In this document: in pieces, positions 58,687 to 59,296 of the stretch
How the letters are laid out: every line of letters begins with the position of its first letter
Numbering within the stretch: the first letter of the stretch is position 1
Origin: a virus
Lineage: Duplodnaviria; Caudoviricetes
Virus record (IMG/VR): IMGVR_UViG_3300017745_000006
Location: 1 to 59,296 of that record
Direction: 5' to 3' (one strand)
Length of the DNA: 59,296 nt
Position numbers and translations under genes: made by a program
Notes under the pieces: generated by a model
The model's input: the letters and a program-made list of their open reading frames with translations, nothing else
Told to the model about the DNA's origin: nothing
Databases searched by the model: none

Positions 58687-58745
58687 ACTTACTACGCTTC
58701 TTCCGTTCATCTCACTTTGTGAGACGCAAGTAAGTCGCGCAACGG
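58687..58745 (+). ncRNA. Glutamine riboswitch-like aptamer 1 (Downstream-peptide/glutamine-II type)
   Basis: P1 ccgtt/aacgg, CA linker, P2 tctcac-ttt-gtgaga, CGCAA, pseudoknot acttac(58687-92)/gtaagt(58730-35). Confidence 0.75.
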
Positions 58746-58926
58746 AACGTTGATCCCATGGTAGAATTTTTATTATATTCATCACTCACATGCGCTCAAG
58801 CCGACGCAATTATGCTAAGGATGAAAGCAAACGAGAATATCTCCGCCGCTTTTAAAATTGAGTTAGTAGAAACCGTAAAGGAATCTGTACCTGAGTGTTA
58901 TTGGGACGCAAACGACTGAAGGAACG
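58733..58926 (+). ncRNA. Glutamine riboswitch-like aptamer 2 with ~145-nt P2 loop
   Basis: P1 cgtt(58748-51)/aacg(58923-26), P2 tccca(58754-58)/tggga(58902-06), CGCAAA, GAAGGAACG, pseudoknot agtcg(58733-37)/cgact(58913-17). Confidence 0.65.
58758..58919 (+). CDS. 53-aa peptide nested in the riboswitch
   Basis: MVEFLLYSSLTCAQADAIMLRMKANENISAAFKIELVETVKESVPECYWDAND*; not in the ORF track. Confidence 0.7.
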   Translation: MVEFLLYSSLTCAQADAIMLRMKANENISAAFKIELVETVKESVPECYWDAND

Positions 58927-58961
58927 GGGCCTAAAAATCCAACTACTTCAGGAGTACCACA

Positions 58962-59126
58962 ATGAACACACTCGACATCATCAAGAAGCAGATCAACAAA
59001 GCATCTGCACTTCACGACGCACAGATCGCTCACACCGCATACCGCGGAGTAGAGTACGAACTATGCGGCAAGGCCGAAGAAACCCATGGCACATTCTGCT
59101 ATAGAGGTCGTACTTACAGCCGATGA
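58962..59126 (+). CDS. DUF4278-like small protein (54 aa)
   Basis: MNTLDIIKKQINKASALHDAQIAHTAYRGVEYELCGKAEETHGTFCYRGRTYSR*; two YRG..Y motifs; AGGAG SD at 58950-58954. Confidence 0.85.
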   Translation: MNTLDIIKKQINKASALHDAQIAHTAYRGVEYELCGKAEETHGTFCYRGRTYSR

Positions 59127-59131
59127 TAACT

Positions 59132-59154
59132 AAGGGCCTAACGGCCCTTTTTTT
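59132..59154. terminator. Intrinsic terminator between convergent genes
   Basis: aagggcc-taac-ggccctt followed by a T-run. Confidence 0.85.
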
Positions 59155-59296
59155 ATACGCCCCAGATAGGCTCCATTGTTTTCTTAGAGACTACGTTAGA
59201 TTGACGCAAGATCTTTGGAGTACCATCGTCCTTGAGCTCAGGCTCGATCCAATCACGGTTGCCATCGAGAGCCGCTGCGATTTCACTAATCCAGTC
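59153..59296 (-). CDS. C-terminal fragment of a minus-strand gene (truncated by window edge)
   Basis: ...DWISEIAAALDGNRDWIEPELKDDGTPKILRQSNVVSKKTMEPIWGV*; stop overlaps the terminator. Confidence 0.65.
   Translation of the reverse strand, partial: DWISEIAAALDGNRDWIEPELKDDGTPKILRQSNVVSKKTMEPIWGV

Noticed and set aside
58895-59104. 69-aa ORF from the ORF track
   Set aside because: Off-frame shadow of the DUF4278-like gene at 58962, which has a strong SD and family motifs.
1-59296. CRISPR array, tRNA/rRNA genes, stop-codon recoding
   Set aside because: No regularly spaced repeats or cloverleaf noticed in the short intergenic gaps; the standard code gives near-complete coding coverage.

Overview
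The window is a densely coding fragment of a large dsDNA tailed phage, most likely a contractile-tailed cyanophage of marine Synechococcus/Prochlorococcus type that is not T4-like. The host inference rests on a Mo-nitro_C-family gene, a DUF4278-type gene behind glutamine-riboswitch-like RNAs, phoH and cyanophage-style fibre proteins. About 1-33.8 kb holds tail fibres, a beta-helix tailspike, large virion proteins, phoH, a P-loop kinase and a hub/M23/lysozyme protein. About 33.8-44.5 kb (minus strand) holds baseplate genes, terminase large subunit, thioredoxin, a sigma factor and an HNH-like nuclease. About 44.6-51.5 kb is a second fibre module. About 51.5-59.3 kb holds early/middle nucleotide-metabolism genes, including nrdB and an nrdA fused to glutaredoxin. 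The most notable observations are: (1) two interlocked glutamine-riboswitch-like aptamers, the second carrying a complete 53-aa ORF inside its P2 loop, with an NtcA-like box at the 5' end; (2) a recurring GTTTAAAG element in front of virion genes, a candidate late promoter for the phage sigma factor, whose region 4 looks degenerate; (3) a circularly permuted M23 peptidase; (4) a glutaredoxin inserted in the NrdA C-terminal tail. All calls come from reading motifs by eye; no database searches were run.
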